DNA of 53,233 nucleotides, counting the filler, from Circinaria calcarea (Eukaryota): NCBI GenBank assembly GCA_051942165.1. It is 2 parts of 2 records of this genome, joined end to end, with 100 filler letters (N's around TTAATTAATTAA, not from the genome) between each part and the next. Parts side by side here need not be neighbours in the genome. Positions count along the whole stretch, not along the records: positions 1 to 26,645 come from JAVECS010000076.1; 1 more part is not named here. The stretch is one strand, 5' to 3'. The translations under genes were made by a program, and so were the position numbers. Every line of letters begins with the position of its first letter. The first letter of the stretch is position 1. Positions 13,326-26,645 of this stretch are shown here, piece after piece. The notes below the pieces were generated by a model, which was not told where the DNA came from, did no database searches, and worked only from the letters and a program-made list of their open reading frames with translations.

Positions 13326-14661
13326 AGTGACGGGGTCAAGGGGCAGTAGAGGTTGGGCGAGGCGATCCGGATCCAAGTTTGGTAGTATGCCTATTAATGT
13401 AGTGATTGCGATTAGATACCACTTGTTTTTGTGCAGCGATTACCTGAATGTGGGTAATGCGGAGAGGCTGTGCCCTTATAGGGCTGGACGAGTTGCCACA
13501 TATTATTGCTATTATTATTATCGTACGGGAGTTGTTTATGTCTCCTTAAAAGATGAGATCCTATCACCCGGAACTACTATTCATACCTGCTTACTCAAGG
13601 TACCTAGACCTGATTGGTATCGAAACTGGAAGGAGACGAGAATCTTCATTGGCCCTCTACCGAATATAAAAGTGTGCCTTGATTGGCCTCACAGCTCCGT
13701 GTTCGGGTGTGGATTTCTTGTTGACGGTAAAAGGGCGGCGATTGGCTTGGACTGGACCAAACCGGATTGGTCTATCTGGATACAATATGATTGACCTCCC
13801 CTCTGCTGTCTCTGGCAAAGGTCCAAGAAAATGATGGATATACTATCATGCCATTATTGGACCAGTTAACCACACGTGGCCGCGTGCTTGACGAATCGTG
13901 GTTCATTTCCACACGAAGGATATATACTAGGTTTCTTCTGGTTTGGGACAAGGACAGTGGCGCAGGGTGCGCCGGATCGAGCCTTGGTTGCGCTTGTCTG
14001 TGGACCGCAGATCTCCTAAAATGAACCTTAAAATCTTTGTGGCGGTTTGGCAACATGGTTTCCGTGCTGTCAGGGTACAAAGGGGCAATTTCCTGGTTCC
14101 AATAGGAGGCCATGTGGGTCGAGATAAGCACTTGGTGCCTTTGGAAGGCTTGGTTCGTGGGCCAATGGTGGCGGGCCGGAGGGGGACACAAGTTCCCTAC
14201 TCGTAGATCAAAGAGCGGAGCACACTGTAGTACGGATCCAAGGCGAATTTATATTACTATTTCGGGATGGGCCAAAGCCTGAATGCGTCCGCTGCAATTT
14301 CAATTCGACCCCGATTTGACAGATGGGAAATGTCCAGCATTGAAAGGAGGTTCTGGTTCTTTCCCCAACGAGATCATCCGGGCGCACCTTCCCCCCTTCC
14401 ATCCCTGGCCCCTTGAAATTTTCAGCGAGCCATGACGCGCAAAAGCAGGACGAGTTCGGCGGCGCCTTACCATTTCGGTCATGGGCTGTTCGGGAAGCCA
14501 CAGTTGGGGAAAAGGCAAGTTCGTAAATAGAAACGAATTCGAATTCGGATTGTGATCCCCTATCCAAGCTCCCAGAGCTCGAGCTGCTCGATTTGATGGT
14601 AGCTCTGCCAACCACAGACAACCGCCCGGGTCCAATTGACTTTGCCTCGGTGGAAATTCAT

Positions 14662-14668
14662 TATAAAA
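14662..14668 (+). promoter_or_regulatory. TATA box of UGP1
   Basis: TATAAAA followed by a pyrimidine-rich tract and a probable 5'-UTR intron. Confidence 0.55.
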
Positions 14669-14744
14669 GCCCGTCTCCTCCCGCCTTCCTCCCAAACTTC
14701 ATAGGTATCTCATTCGATTTACCCTCATCGTCCCATACGAGCAA

Positions 14745-15015
14745 GTGAGTGTGAAGCCATTCCTCCCCCTTTTTCCCTCCGTCCAAGCGCTCGCTCGGGT
14801 CACTCCAGCTGCGTGTTACCACCGCGCAGGTGCTTGCGCTTGGTGGCAATCGCACATCAGCATTGGGTGGTGCTTGTCAATGCACTTTGGGCTCTATGAC
14901 ATAGGACCCCTATTTCCTACTTATACCCTACTTGGGGATATACGATCCGTACTCTGAGCACGGCCATTCTTATCATCTTATATACGGGATCTCCGGCTAA
15001 CAACCTTCATCACAG
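14745..15015 (+). other. Probable 5'-UTR intron of UGP1
   Basis: GTGAGT donor at 14745, GCTAAC branch near 14996, tandem CAGCAG acceptor at 15013-15018, about 35 nt before the ATG. Confidence 0.55.
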
Positions 15016-15051
15016 CAGCAAAGGCTCTAATCGTCACTCACAAACCACACA

Positions 15052-17093
15052 ATGGCTTCCAAATTCAGCAGTGCGATACCATCCCACCTCAAGCCTTCGG
15101 GCCTGAGCAATGGAGATGCCGATGGAGCTTTCCAGAGGAAGCATCACGGGAAGACGCAATCACACGTGGTGAGTACCCTATGTATTTTCTATGGTGGAAC
15201 CGCAACGACTTTTAATGGGTGAGGTTCGCTCTTGGCCAATTTTACTGTTGCCCACTACTCTCGGTGTGTACTACCGCAAGTAGGTCACCCGAACTACATG
15301 GGTAGTAGCCACGGATGTTCCAGCGACTTTCTCCTGCGCTCAGATGATGGAGAGAGCTTGAACCCCTTCTTCCGCTCCAGCACAATACGTCCTCATGCTT
15401 TGATTCATCCTCCTGCCAATGACGCATTAAGTCTATCTTCACCTCCCAGGCTTTTCTTTCTTACCGAACCATGCATAATGAACTGTCAGCAACTTGATGT
15501 ACAGGCGATGCTTTCCAACCTACACTTTTCATCAACCGCCGAGAGACAATCCTACTGGACGCTCCTAAGATAATCTACAAAAGCATCGACTCGGAGACTT
15601 TGCTAACCAGATCTTACCGTATGAATCAGGCTTTTGAGAACACTTCTACATCTGTTGCCGCCAGCCAGATGCGTAATGCCCTCAACAGTCTCACTGACAC
15701 CGTCAGCGACCCAGAAGAGAAGAAGCGGTTTGAGACCGAAATGGACAACTTCTTCGCGCTCTTCCGCCGATACCTAAACGACAAGGCCAAGGGAAACGCT
15801 TTGTCCTGGGATCGCATCCAGCCTCCCCAGGCAAATCAAGTGGTGGAGTACAACGATCTCGCCAACTCAGAGTCAGTGGACTTCCTCAACAAATTGGCCG
15901 TCATTAAGCTCAACGGTGGTCTCGGTACTTCCATGGGCTGTGTTGGTCCCAAGTCTGTCATCGAAGTTCGTGATGGCATGTCCTTCCTCGATCTTTCGGT
16001 CCGTCAGATCGAATACTTGAACCGTACATACAACGTCAACGTTCCCTTTGTACTCATGAACTCGTTCAACACTGATGAGGACACTGGAAACATTATCAAG
16101 AAGTACGAAGGTCATAATATCGATATTCTAACATTCAACCAATCCCGCTACCCCCGTATCCTCAAGGATTCTCTATTGCCCGCACCGAAGTCGTACAACT
16201 CCCCGCTTTCGGACTGGTATCCACCAGGGCACGGAGACGTTTTTGAATCACTCTACAATTCCGGCACTCTCGACCAGCTCATTGAGCGTGGTGTTGAGAT
16301 TGTGTTCTTGTCCAACGCCGACAACCTTGGTGCCGTTGTGGATTTGCGGATTTTACAACACATGGTGGAAACTGAGGCCGAGTACATCATGGAGTTGACA
16401 GACAAGACAAAGGCTGACGTCAAGGGTGGTACCATCATCGATTACGAAGGATCTGTCCGTCTTTTGGAAATTGCGCAGGTTCCCAAGGAGCACACCAACG
16501 AGTTCAAGTCGATCAAGAAGTTCAAGTACTTCAACACCAACAACATCTGGCTCAACCTTAAGGCCATCAAGCGTGTGGTGGAGAACAACGAGTTGGAGAT
16601 GGAGATCATCCCCAACAACAAGTCCATTCCAGCGGACAAGAAGGGCGAGTCTGACATCTCCATTGTGCAGTTGGAGACCGCCGTCGGTGCCGCCATTCGT
16701 CATTTTAAGAACGCGCACGGTGTCAACGTTCCTCGACGACGCTTCTTACCTGTCAAGACCTGCTCTGACCTCATGTTGGTCAAGTCGGACTTGTACAGCT
16801 TGAAGCATGGTCAACTGGTGATCGATCAGAACCGTTTCGGTCCTGCACCACTGATCAAGCTCGGAAATGACTTCAAGAAGGTTAGCGACTTCCAGAAGCG
16901 CATCCCCAGCATCCCAAGAATCCTTGAACTGGATCATTTGACCATTACTGGAGCCGTCAATCTAGGGCGCGGCGTTACGCTCAAGGGAACCGTCATTATT
17001 GTGGCTACGGAGGGCAGTACCATTGACGTTCCTCCGGGGTCGATTTTGGAGAATGTGGTTGTACAGGGGAGCTTGAGGTTGCTCGAGCATTGA
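15052..17093 (+). CDS. UGP1: UTP-glucose-1-phosphate uridylyltransferase (UDP-glucose pyrophosphorylase)
   Basis: Exon 1 15052-15168 (MASKFSS...HHGKTQSHV), 461-nt intron, exon 2 15630-17093 with [29 protein letters not shown] and RFLPVK motifs. Confidence 0.97.
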
Positions 17094-17933
17094 GCGATGC
17101 CCTGTTGGATGTATAAAACTGGGATTCGCATGAGTCTTTCAACGGTTACTTGGCATTAGAGGGACGGTCCTATACCGCCCTGTTTGCCAAAGGACCGTTT
17201 TTCTCGGACACTTTCGACATGTAATCTTGGTTCGTTGTGTGTACTTCGTCTACATAGAATAGGATGCTACGATCGGAAGGGGAGGAGGAGCCGCAGTTTA
17301 GGAATAGAAATCAAATCGTGTAATGACCATACAGAAGAAGGCCTCTCCTTTCATGGAACAAAGATAAATCTCACAATCACTTTGAATTTCATATCTATGA
17401 GAATCGTGGCCACGACATGTGCTTGAGCTGTGTAATAAAACAATTTCCAAACCATACCTTTAACCATGGCATCCTTACCGGGCTTACTTTGTTCCGAGAT
17501 GGAGCTAATCCAGAAAGCGTAACATGTCAGCTACTGTGTTTACGGAGTACGGAGTACCGGTAATTGAGCTGGCGGAAGCACGGAGGATGCTTTACTCCGC
17601 CGGTGAAGGAAGCGCCTGCCAGGGCTGTGCCCGCAGATCGTGATGAATCAGTCACGTCTAGACTGCTTTCGGGTCCAGTCTAGCGGAATCCTTCAGAACG
17701 AAGGATAGATGAAGACTGGGATGGATCATGATGATATTCTCATGAGAGACCACGGGCGCAAACGTCTTCCACCGCGTGTGGGCAATCATATTCCCACAAA
17801 AGCAGATCGAGATACACTACACATTGATGGGCACACCCAACAGCTGTCCGAGCCCTAAATCGAACTCTGTAAAGCCCCATTGTCATTCTTTTGCTGGATT
17901 ACTGGCCAGATATTGATGATAAACTCACACCGT

Positions 17934-20713
17934 ATGAATATGACAACTATCAATCAGTTCAATCCCTTTCCTCCGAATCAATTTGCAGCAACGTCTCCTA
18001 CTGCCTTCCAAGCGTCCGTCTCTCCAGAACTCGACCACAAGCCGCTGAATGCACACCATAAGACCTCATCCTCTAGCAACCCTGAGTCTAGCAAAGCTTC
18101 GACCTCCCCTTCCGCCGGAACACCTCCAGCGCCCTATCTTAACCCGAGATCATGCACTACATGCAGGCGAAGAAAGGTCCGATGCGATAAGAAGCATCCG
18201 TGCTCACACTGTAACAAGGCAGGCATCGAATGCATTTTCCCCGGGCCAGGAAGGGCACCAAGGAGGAGTAAAAAGTCACCAGATACTGAATTACTGGCAA
18301 GACTGAGGCGCCTGGAGGGAGTGGTGAAGAGTTTGGGGAAAGGCCTGGAGAGCGAGGAGCCACACGTAGAGGCCAATGATGCTAGAACCCAAGAGGAACA
18401 GCCGAGCTCCGCTCAGCAAGAACCTCCGAGTCCGGATGGACTTCCCGAGTCGGCGAGCATTCTGGATTGCCGAAAGGTAAAAAAAGGAGGGGATGGGTTA
18501 GGTGGACTCGACAAGGAGTTTGGTCATTTGGTAGTCTCCGAAGGACGAAGTCGGTATGTGAGCAGTCGCTTCTGGTCAAGCTTAACCGCAGAGGTACGTT
18601 TCTGGTGCGAGCTTCAAGTAAAGGCATTCATTATTCAGTCCACTTGGGCATCACTGCGTGATCACAAGCCTGAGAGACTTGTGATAATCACGTTTTCTCC
18701 GGAGAAAAGAAACCAGCATCGGGTTGGAAGCCATTTGTCTCGGTGTCAAGGAGAGCCAAGGAGCTGTTAAGCTAATGAGATTATCTAGATTACTGAAATG
18801 AAGGACATTTTAGACGATCCTACAGATGAAGAGGACGAAGACTCCCCATCGGATCCTGATCCGACCATACTCGGGATTCATCAGGGTTTTATCTTCGGTT
18901 ACAGCTCGGCAATGATGACTCTGCGTATATTGCATCCTCCTGCGAAACAGATCCTTACATACTGGGAAGTTTACAAGGAGAACGTCGATCCTATGGTGAA
19001 GTTGCTTCATCTTCACTGTACCGAGAAATTGATCTTAGAGGCATCTCATGATCTCGACCATGTCAACAAATGTACGGAGGCCATGATGTTCGCAGTGTAT
19101 TTCTCGGCTACGATATCTTTATCTTATGACCAGTGCAAGGACATACTGCAGATCGACAAGGAGACTGCCCTAAAGCGGTATAGATTCGGTGTTGAACAAG
19201 CTCTAGCCAGAGCTGGACTATTGGGGACTCAGGAGCTACTCTTACTGCAGACTTTTATGCTCTTTTTGATTTCTGTACGCCGTCATGACGATACACGTTT
19301 CGTGTGGACTCTTACAGGGCTTGCCATCCGCATCGCAAACGCTTTAGGTATTCATCGAGATGGCGAACAGTTTGGATTAGATCCCTATCAGACTGAGATG
19401 CGACGGCGGCTCTGGTGGCAAGTGTGTACTCTAGGTACGTGGTAGAAAATATCTGGAATTTTTAGCTCATCTCATAGTGAGTGTTTGCAGACATTCGATC
19501 TTCGGAAGAACACGGTACAGACCCTTCAATTAATGACCAGACATTTGACACCAAGCTCCCACTCAACATCAATGATAGGGACATTTACCCTGGCATGGAG
19601 GAGCCTCCCGTTGTAAGGGAGGGATTCACCGAGATGACGTTCACTTTGGTTCGACATGAGATTGGTTACACTGTCAGGCGCCTGAGCTACCTGACTCCTG
19701 GGGTACGAGTATGTCCTAAAGCACCAGAGGGCTTCAGGAGCATCAAGGACAAAGAGACTATGATCCAAGAGCTCCGTAACTATCTGGAAAATAAATACCT
19801 CAAGTACTGCGATGTCAATATTCCACTACAGTGGGTAACTTTCCACGTAGCTAAGCTGGTCTGTATTTTGATCACCATCAAATTAAGTAGGAAGATACTG
19901 AATTGGATGTAGGTTATGGCCAAAATGTGGCTGATGGTGCATCATCCCCTAAGACGTGCATACGGTGGAGCAGGGATCCCTCAGGAGACCAGAGATCACT
20001 TATTCGTCACATCTATCGACATTGTCAGCCGCTCACGATTGCTCGAGCTCTCTAAAGACACCACTAAATGGGGTTGGTTGTTTCGGACCCATATCCAATG
20101 GCATGCGGTGGCATTCCTTCTTTCGGAGCTCTGTAAGCGAACTAAAGGCCCTGACGTAGTTGAGGCATGGGAGGCGATTGAGGATGTCTTCGAAGAATGG
20201 GGGGGTGTCGTATCGACACATAAGAAGGGGATGCTGTGGAAGCCATTACGAAAATTGATGACGAGAGCGAGGGCGGCAAGGATGAAGGAGGTTGAAAAGT
20301 CCCTGATATTCCCAACGGACGGCAGTCTAGGTCCCATCGATTTGAAAACGAATTTGCTGGCTGATTTGACTGTCCGGCCAGAGGGGCTGGAGAGCGACCC
20401 CAATGGGTTTGCCCGGAGTGCAGCTCCATCGAGCACGCTAGAAAATAGTATCACCTCACCTAAAATGGACGAGCTACGGGTACTGTTACCTCCACGCGAG
20501 AGTTTCCAAGGTACCGCGGATACTGGTATGGATACGGAACCGTGGGTTGAAGGTGACTCCACCCTGCTGCAGGATCCCTTAAGTGTGAACGGCTTCGAGG
20601 CGATGAACTGGACCGGATGGGATGATATGGTCAAGGATTTTCAAATGGATGTTCAGCAGGAGCAAGGCTTTGAGGCCGGACATGTTCTGAGTGGGATGAG
20701 TGATTGGTGGTAA
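17934..20713 (+). CDS. Zn(II)2Cys6 fungal-specific transcription factor
   Basis: CTTCRRRKVRCDKKHPCSHCNKAGIEC cluster and Fungal_trans-type domain (LAIRIANALGIHRDG...EMRRRLWW). Introns 18594-18788, 19435-19490 and 19859-19912. Start may be 17934 or 17940. Confidence 0.93.
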
Positions 20714-21091
20714 AAGTCGGCGAGAGGAAACGGGAATACGGCGCCCCTCTGGATCAGGGTTTGGACAGAGTGGGATATGGACTTGAGAGAGGTGGCCCAG
20801 TTAGGGTTGGGATTTGGAATTGGGAATGTGAATTATGTGAGATACGCTACTCAATATGAACAATGGGAAGGTCTTTCATGTAGGTAATAGGATAATATCT
20901 GTATAATTACTGTCAAGTAAGACACTTGTATGGAATTTGATCTAAAGAAAACAGCCTCGCCAGCTTTCAGGGGTATAAGTCTAAGCGACTTGCGATCCCG
21001 GCTACCGTAGTCTTTTACGACTGTAATCCCTTGCGGAGTAAATGTGACTTTCTTGAAGTATCAGACCTCCGATTTCTGGCTGCTCATAAAC

Positions 21092-22923
21092 ATGGACTTC
21101 AGTAGTATTAAGGAACAGGTCTCTAACTTGAGTCTGTATGATCTCAAGGCCGGAGTCCGCAAAGTCCAGAATGGTAAGCCCGATATACCAAGCCCCCCGA
21201 GGGTTCGAACTACTCATTACTTGATTACTTGCTGATCATCTGTAAGCTGTCATGAACTATACAGAGATGGAGGCGAAGGTAGGAAAGGCGACGTGGGATG
21301 GTGATGTATATGACCAACGAAGACTCCCAGGTCCGCGAAGCTACGAACAATGAACCATGGGGCGCATCCTCGACACTTATGCAAGAGATTGCCAATGGCA
21401 CCTACAGCTAGTCAGTATAGTTACGCCACAAATCCAATACGATATTGATAGCCCGCCACAGCCAGCTCCTTAACGAGATCATGCCAATGATTTACAAGCG
21501 ATTCACCGACAAAGCTGCTGAGGAGTGGAGACAGATATATAAGGTCAGCAGAGTATCTTCCGTATCCCTATCATCATTCCTCTTACTCTGCTAGGGTCTG
21601 CAACTGCTTGAGTTTCTCATTAAGAACGGGTCCGAACGTGTGATCGACGATGCCCGTGGCCATCTCTCCCTCCTTAAGATGCTGCGCCAATTCCAGTATA
21701 TCGACCTGAATGGTAAAGATCAAGGTGTCAACGTTCGGAACCGCGCGAAAGAGTTGGCGGAGTTACTTAGCGATGTCGACAAAATTCGAGCCGAAAGAAA
21801 GAAAGCGAGAGCCAATCGTAACAAATTTGGCGGTGTTGAGGGAGGTGGTGGGATGAGCGGTGGTCTATCTAGCGGTAGTCGATATGGAGGCTATGGGAGT
21901 GAGGATGCAGGCTATGGAGGATACAGTGGAGGGACATACGGGGACGGTGGTGGATTCGGAGGCAATACCAGTTCCGGTTTCCATGATTCTGGTACCGCGA
22001 GCAGCAGCACGAGAAGAGACCGCTTCGAGGAGTACGACGAACATGACGAGGGCGTCACTAGTCCTACTGCCTCCGCTCGAAGGAAACTAGAATCTGTGTC
22101 CAGTACTCCTGCCCGGCGAGAAAAGATGAAGCTAGAAGAAGTGGCAAAGGAACCCGAAGATCTATTTTCGTTCGGTGACGATGATATACCTCCCGCTATA
22201 CCACCGAAGCCCTCAAATACAAATGGAAAACAGGTCCTTACAGGCACCAGGGTTGCGAACGAAGACGACGACTTCGACGACTTCATATCGGCAACCCCTA
22301 CAACACAGCCTACGTCAGTCCTCCCTCCACCACCCTTTACAGCTAACACTCAATATGCCGCCCCTCAGCCCGTCTCAGCCGCCCAGGGTATGAACATCAG
22401 CGGCTTGGTTGGGTTTACGTCACCCTCCCCTGCGCAGAGCAATCCCACACCAACGCCACAGAATGTATTTTCTTCGCCTCCGCCTTCTACTGCCCCTTAC
22501 CAGCAGCCACAGGTTCAACCACAGCCCGGACTCACAGGCTATCAGGCTCCGCAACCCAATTACTTCACCTCTGTTCCCGTAGTATCGTCAAACTCAAATC
22601 CAGCGGCGGCCGCTAAAACTAATCTCACATCCACATCATCTTTTAACAGTGCAGCCAAGCCGCTCGCCAAACCTTCGTCTGGCGGAGGAGATGCATTTGG
22701 CTCGTTGTGGTCAACAGCCAGTGCTGGTGCTGGCATCAAAAAGACACCAACGCCCGGGAACCAGGGGCCAAACCTGGCAAGTATGGCGAAGGAGAAGTCC
22801 AGTCTAGGTCTTTGGGGCGCAGCAAGTGGAACAGGGCAGACCGCACCCTTGACGGGAGGGCAGGTGCAGGGGGCTCAAGGAAGGCAGAAGGCAGGCGGGG
22901 GATTGGATGATCTATTGGGGTAA
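21092..22923 (+). CDS. ENT3: ENTH-domain epsin-related adaptor (Ent3/EpsinR type)
   Basis: MDFSSIKEQVSNLSLYDLKAGVRKVQN-AVMNYTEMEAK-VREATNNEPWGASST, WRQIYK-GLQLLEFLIKNGSE, DQGVNVRNRAKEL. Acidic-Phe motifs (DLFSF, DDFDDF) and C-terminal LDDLL. Confidence 0.9.
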
Positions 22924-23665
22924 TTGGGGGCCAGAGGGGGATAGATACCTGATGAGAACCTCAGGGCATGGGTACAACAGTAGTGCCACGATTTGATCAG
23001 GAGTGTAGGGAATTTGTCTCTCGACACGCCTCAAAGGCATGGCTTGGCGAAATGGTTGAAACATCGAGCTTCCTAGTTGCGTTGAAGCATTCAATCAAGA
23101 TGGTAGGAAATAGGAAAGGTACCTTCAACATGGACACCCCACGGTTTGGCGGGATACAAACAAGAACTGATATCAAAGTCCCGAATTGGTTAGCGGCTAT
23201 CCGGCTCTGTGAGATTTCCATGGATCCGAAGCACTCTCTCGATGCATTTAGCAGGTGTTGAGACCGTTTCTTGTCGCGATGCCTGCCATCCAACATTGAA
23301 CAAGATAAGGGGTGTTTCCCTTACGAGTCCTGCAGTAGCTTACGGCTCTTCACGACGTCGGACCTTACTAAGCGCCTGAGCTGTGACTTCCTCGTTGAGG
23401 GTCACGTCTGGGTTGCTACGCCCGCCGCCCATGGACCGTTACCTTCTGGAAATTGCCGGAAAACAGTGTGCATACTCTCCTTCAATTAGGTAAGGATGGT
23501 CTTATCTTGGATACTTTGGATATGTAACCTGCATCATCTCAACAACCATTCTACTGGCTTTTGCTGTTGATTGGGCTTTTTGCTCCGTTTGCTACCATTT
23601 CCTTGTTGGCCTCCACACCAGTGTCCTACGTCCCATTCACAGTACTAGGTCTCCTTGCCGTCATC

Positions 23666-26645
23666 ATGTCAAGGCATTCGTCCTTCAGCTCTCTACCAAT
23701 TCCGTCACGTTATTCCATTTGGAATGACGGCTTTTGCTCTCCGATTGAGGATCCAGGTGTTTCATATACCAGACCTATTTTGTGCAATCGTACCCTCTCT
23801 TCGAACTCCGGTGTCTCTATAGGTTCGGTCATCGTTGGACCTTTGCGCGTCCGAAATGAAAATATCCCACCTTCAAGGAAGCACTCTTTACGAGTGTCTC
23901 ATAAATCGAGCTGGGGAACAGACATCCCGTTACCTCCACGGCCGGGCGATAATGCGTCCCTCGAGGAAGGAGTAGATGACTTGGAAGATATCGACCTTGG
24001 AGCAGCATGTGGAGTATCGAAGGTAGCAAGTGGAGCACATGGCGAAGACGCCTTGGGATATTCGCATTACCAGAGACTTTCGTTCGCGTTGGAAAAGGAG
24101 GATACCTTGGTTGACACCAGCTTGGATGAGCAGCCGCACAATGAAGACGATGATGATGACAAGGTACATCCGTTTCGACGATGGATGAGTACTTTACACC
24201 GTAAAAATGTGAAACGTCGACTATCGCTGAAAAGGCGCGACGAACGTTGGGCTTTGGATGATTTCGACGCAAATCAATCTAGGACTGCTATCCTAACCCC
24301 TGATCCAGGAAAGCGAGGACACCAAAAGTCATCATCTTGGTCCTCTTCGGGCTTCGTGACCGCCGTGAAATCGGCCAGTGTCAGTTTGGCGGCGATCAGT
24401 ACGGCAGCACCGCCATCTCGTAGGACTCGTCGTTCAACTCTAATAAGGAGCAGCAAACGGAGCAGTCGACTCTCTTCAAGTTTCAATGGAAGCTCCGCCG
24501 AAGACCGCCCTCTCTCGTTGCAGGTGATTGATGAAGCGGCTTTACACAGAGCGATACAACGTCGAAGTACCTTGGAGGAATTGGTAAGCTCGGAGGAAAG
24601 CTACGTCGCAGATCTGAAGGTTCTGGTCAACGTAAGCAATATGGCGGTGTTATAAATGTACTAGTATGGCTAATCACGCACCCCTCCAGGTCTACTTTAC
24701 TTTACTGGCATCGGCACCAACAGTAACGCATAGGAATATATCTCATATACATAATAACATTACGGAAATTCTCGTCTTACATGAGGATATACTTGTTAGG
24801 GTCCGGCGCATTTTCCAAAGATCGGAAGGCGTCAACACGTATACCGTTAACCTACCAGGTTTGAAGTCCACGGGACATTCTAAGTGGCATAGCAGGGATG
24901 AGGGAACAAAGCATGGAAACCGTTATTTGCATAATGCTAGGAACTCTCTTGAAGCGACAAGGAATCGGTTTCTTCCTCAGGACGGATCGCTTTCAGAACC
25001 CGAGGTAGCTGCCCAGGTTGCAGCTGTATTTGATGAATTGGTACGGCTCGTCTCTCCTCGGTGTGAGTCAAATCAGGGCTGATTCAACTGTTTACGACTT
25101 TACAGATGAGCCGATTCTTTGTGTATGAAGAGTATGGAGCACGATACGAATCCATGTTGTATGATATGACCTCGACTTCCAAAATGATCCCAAATTGGCA
25201 AGCCTACGAGCGCGGCATAGAAGCTCTAGCCAACACTTTGGCCCCTACGAGTTGTCGCAACGGTACTAGTAAGAAGGGACTAACCTTTGGAGATCTCCTA
25301 ATCAAGGTATCTCGATCTCTTGGACATCCGTGCAGCTATGATGGTATAGTTAACCTATCTTCAGCCGATTCAGCGAGTTTGCAAGTATCCACTTCTTTTC
25401 GCAGACTTACTCAAGTACACGCCAGTCATCGACTGCCCGGAATCACACACGGAAGTGGAGAAAGTACTTTATCGCCTCCGCGAGACGGCAATGGAAATCA
25501 ACAGGGCAACCAACGATCGAAGCACGCGGGATCGAATACAAAGATCTTGGTATTTACAGGACCTCCTTGTGTTTCCAGATCCAGTCAGTATACGGAAAAC
25601 GCTGAGCTATGATTAACAGTCACTAATCATAGCAAACTTTTTGTAGACTACGTCTCCATTCACTTTACGAACACTGGGTCATCCAATAGTGTGCGGTGTT
25701 CTGCATGTGGCATATCAGACAAAGTATAGTGTCCTCGGACGATATATGCTCTGCGCTTTATTCAAGTGTTGTCTCATTCTAGGCGTTCCAAGTGAAGGTG
25801 GTCGCACATATACCATAGTGGCAAGCATCAGCCTCAGTGACCTTCGTATCCACCCGACCGATGATGGAAACGGTATAGTGAGCTTCTATACTCGGAAAAC
25901 TACAAGACTGACCATCTACAGGGCTCCAGTGTCATAACGCTTTGTACTCTTGGAAAATTGTCTTCGAATCAGATCAACAACTCTTCGAGCTGATATTGTG
26001 CGCCTGTTCCGTCCAAGAGGAACAGTCCTGGAGATCACAACTTTTGAGACTTTCGGCCGTGGAAAGCCAGGCTATACTTGAAGATTTACCGATTGCACCA
26101 GCTAGATATTCGATGCTATCAATCGATGTGGAACCGATAGGCAACGTCTTGGGTCAACCAGGAACCCTGGCTCGGCATATCTCAGTCCAACGAGCAGCTA
26201 CAGTTGGTGCTAGGACGACTGTATGCCAGGTCTTCATCAAACACACCCATGCTTTGCGAGATGGTATGGATCAAAACAACCCAGCGTATCAATCCGTCAG
26301 CCGTTCTCGATCGTTACTATCAACCAATCGGATACCGGTTCTTGCCCCCAGGCGGGTGGAAAGAATTCGCATGGAGCATGATCTATCCAAGGTATGGACC
26401 AAGGATCTCTTGCCTTATCCCGGAATGAGCGGTACCCGCGGAGAACGGTTGATTCAAGCTTCCAAGAATTCAGTGATGCGGAAACTCAGTAGAGCGAGTA
26501 TAGCTAGCGGACTGTCCAAACGGTCGACGAGCATCGCAAGCATGACCACCAGTAAGTTTGGAGACGCTACGGAGTCCTTGTCGTCTGTCACGGAGGATGA
26601 GAATGGGAATTACGGAAGCATCAAGTCATGTTCCACGACAACAAT
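23666..26645 (+). CDS. Dbl-homology (DH-PH-like) RhoGEF-family protein, 3' end lost at the assembly spacer
   Basis: RRSTLEELVSSEESYVADLKVL and, after splicing, DLLIKPIQRVCKYPLLFADLLKYTP (DH hallmarks), followed by a PH-like region (CGVLHVAYQT...WRSQL). Start codon uncertain. Confidence 0.88.

Noticed and set aside
15873..17131. Several antisense and alternative-frame ORFs over UGP1
   Set aside because: By-product of strong codon bias in a highly expressed gene; no recognisable domains
18665..18680. CTGAGA motif reminiscent of a TPP riboswitch
   Set aside because: The other conserved TPP elements are absent and the host is not a thiamine gene
23561..23665. Hydrophobic in-frame extension upstream of the RhoGEF ATG
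   Set aside because: It begins at TTG shortly after an in-frame stop, and no upstream exon splices in frame; probably pyrimidine-rich 5' UTR
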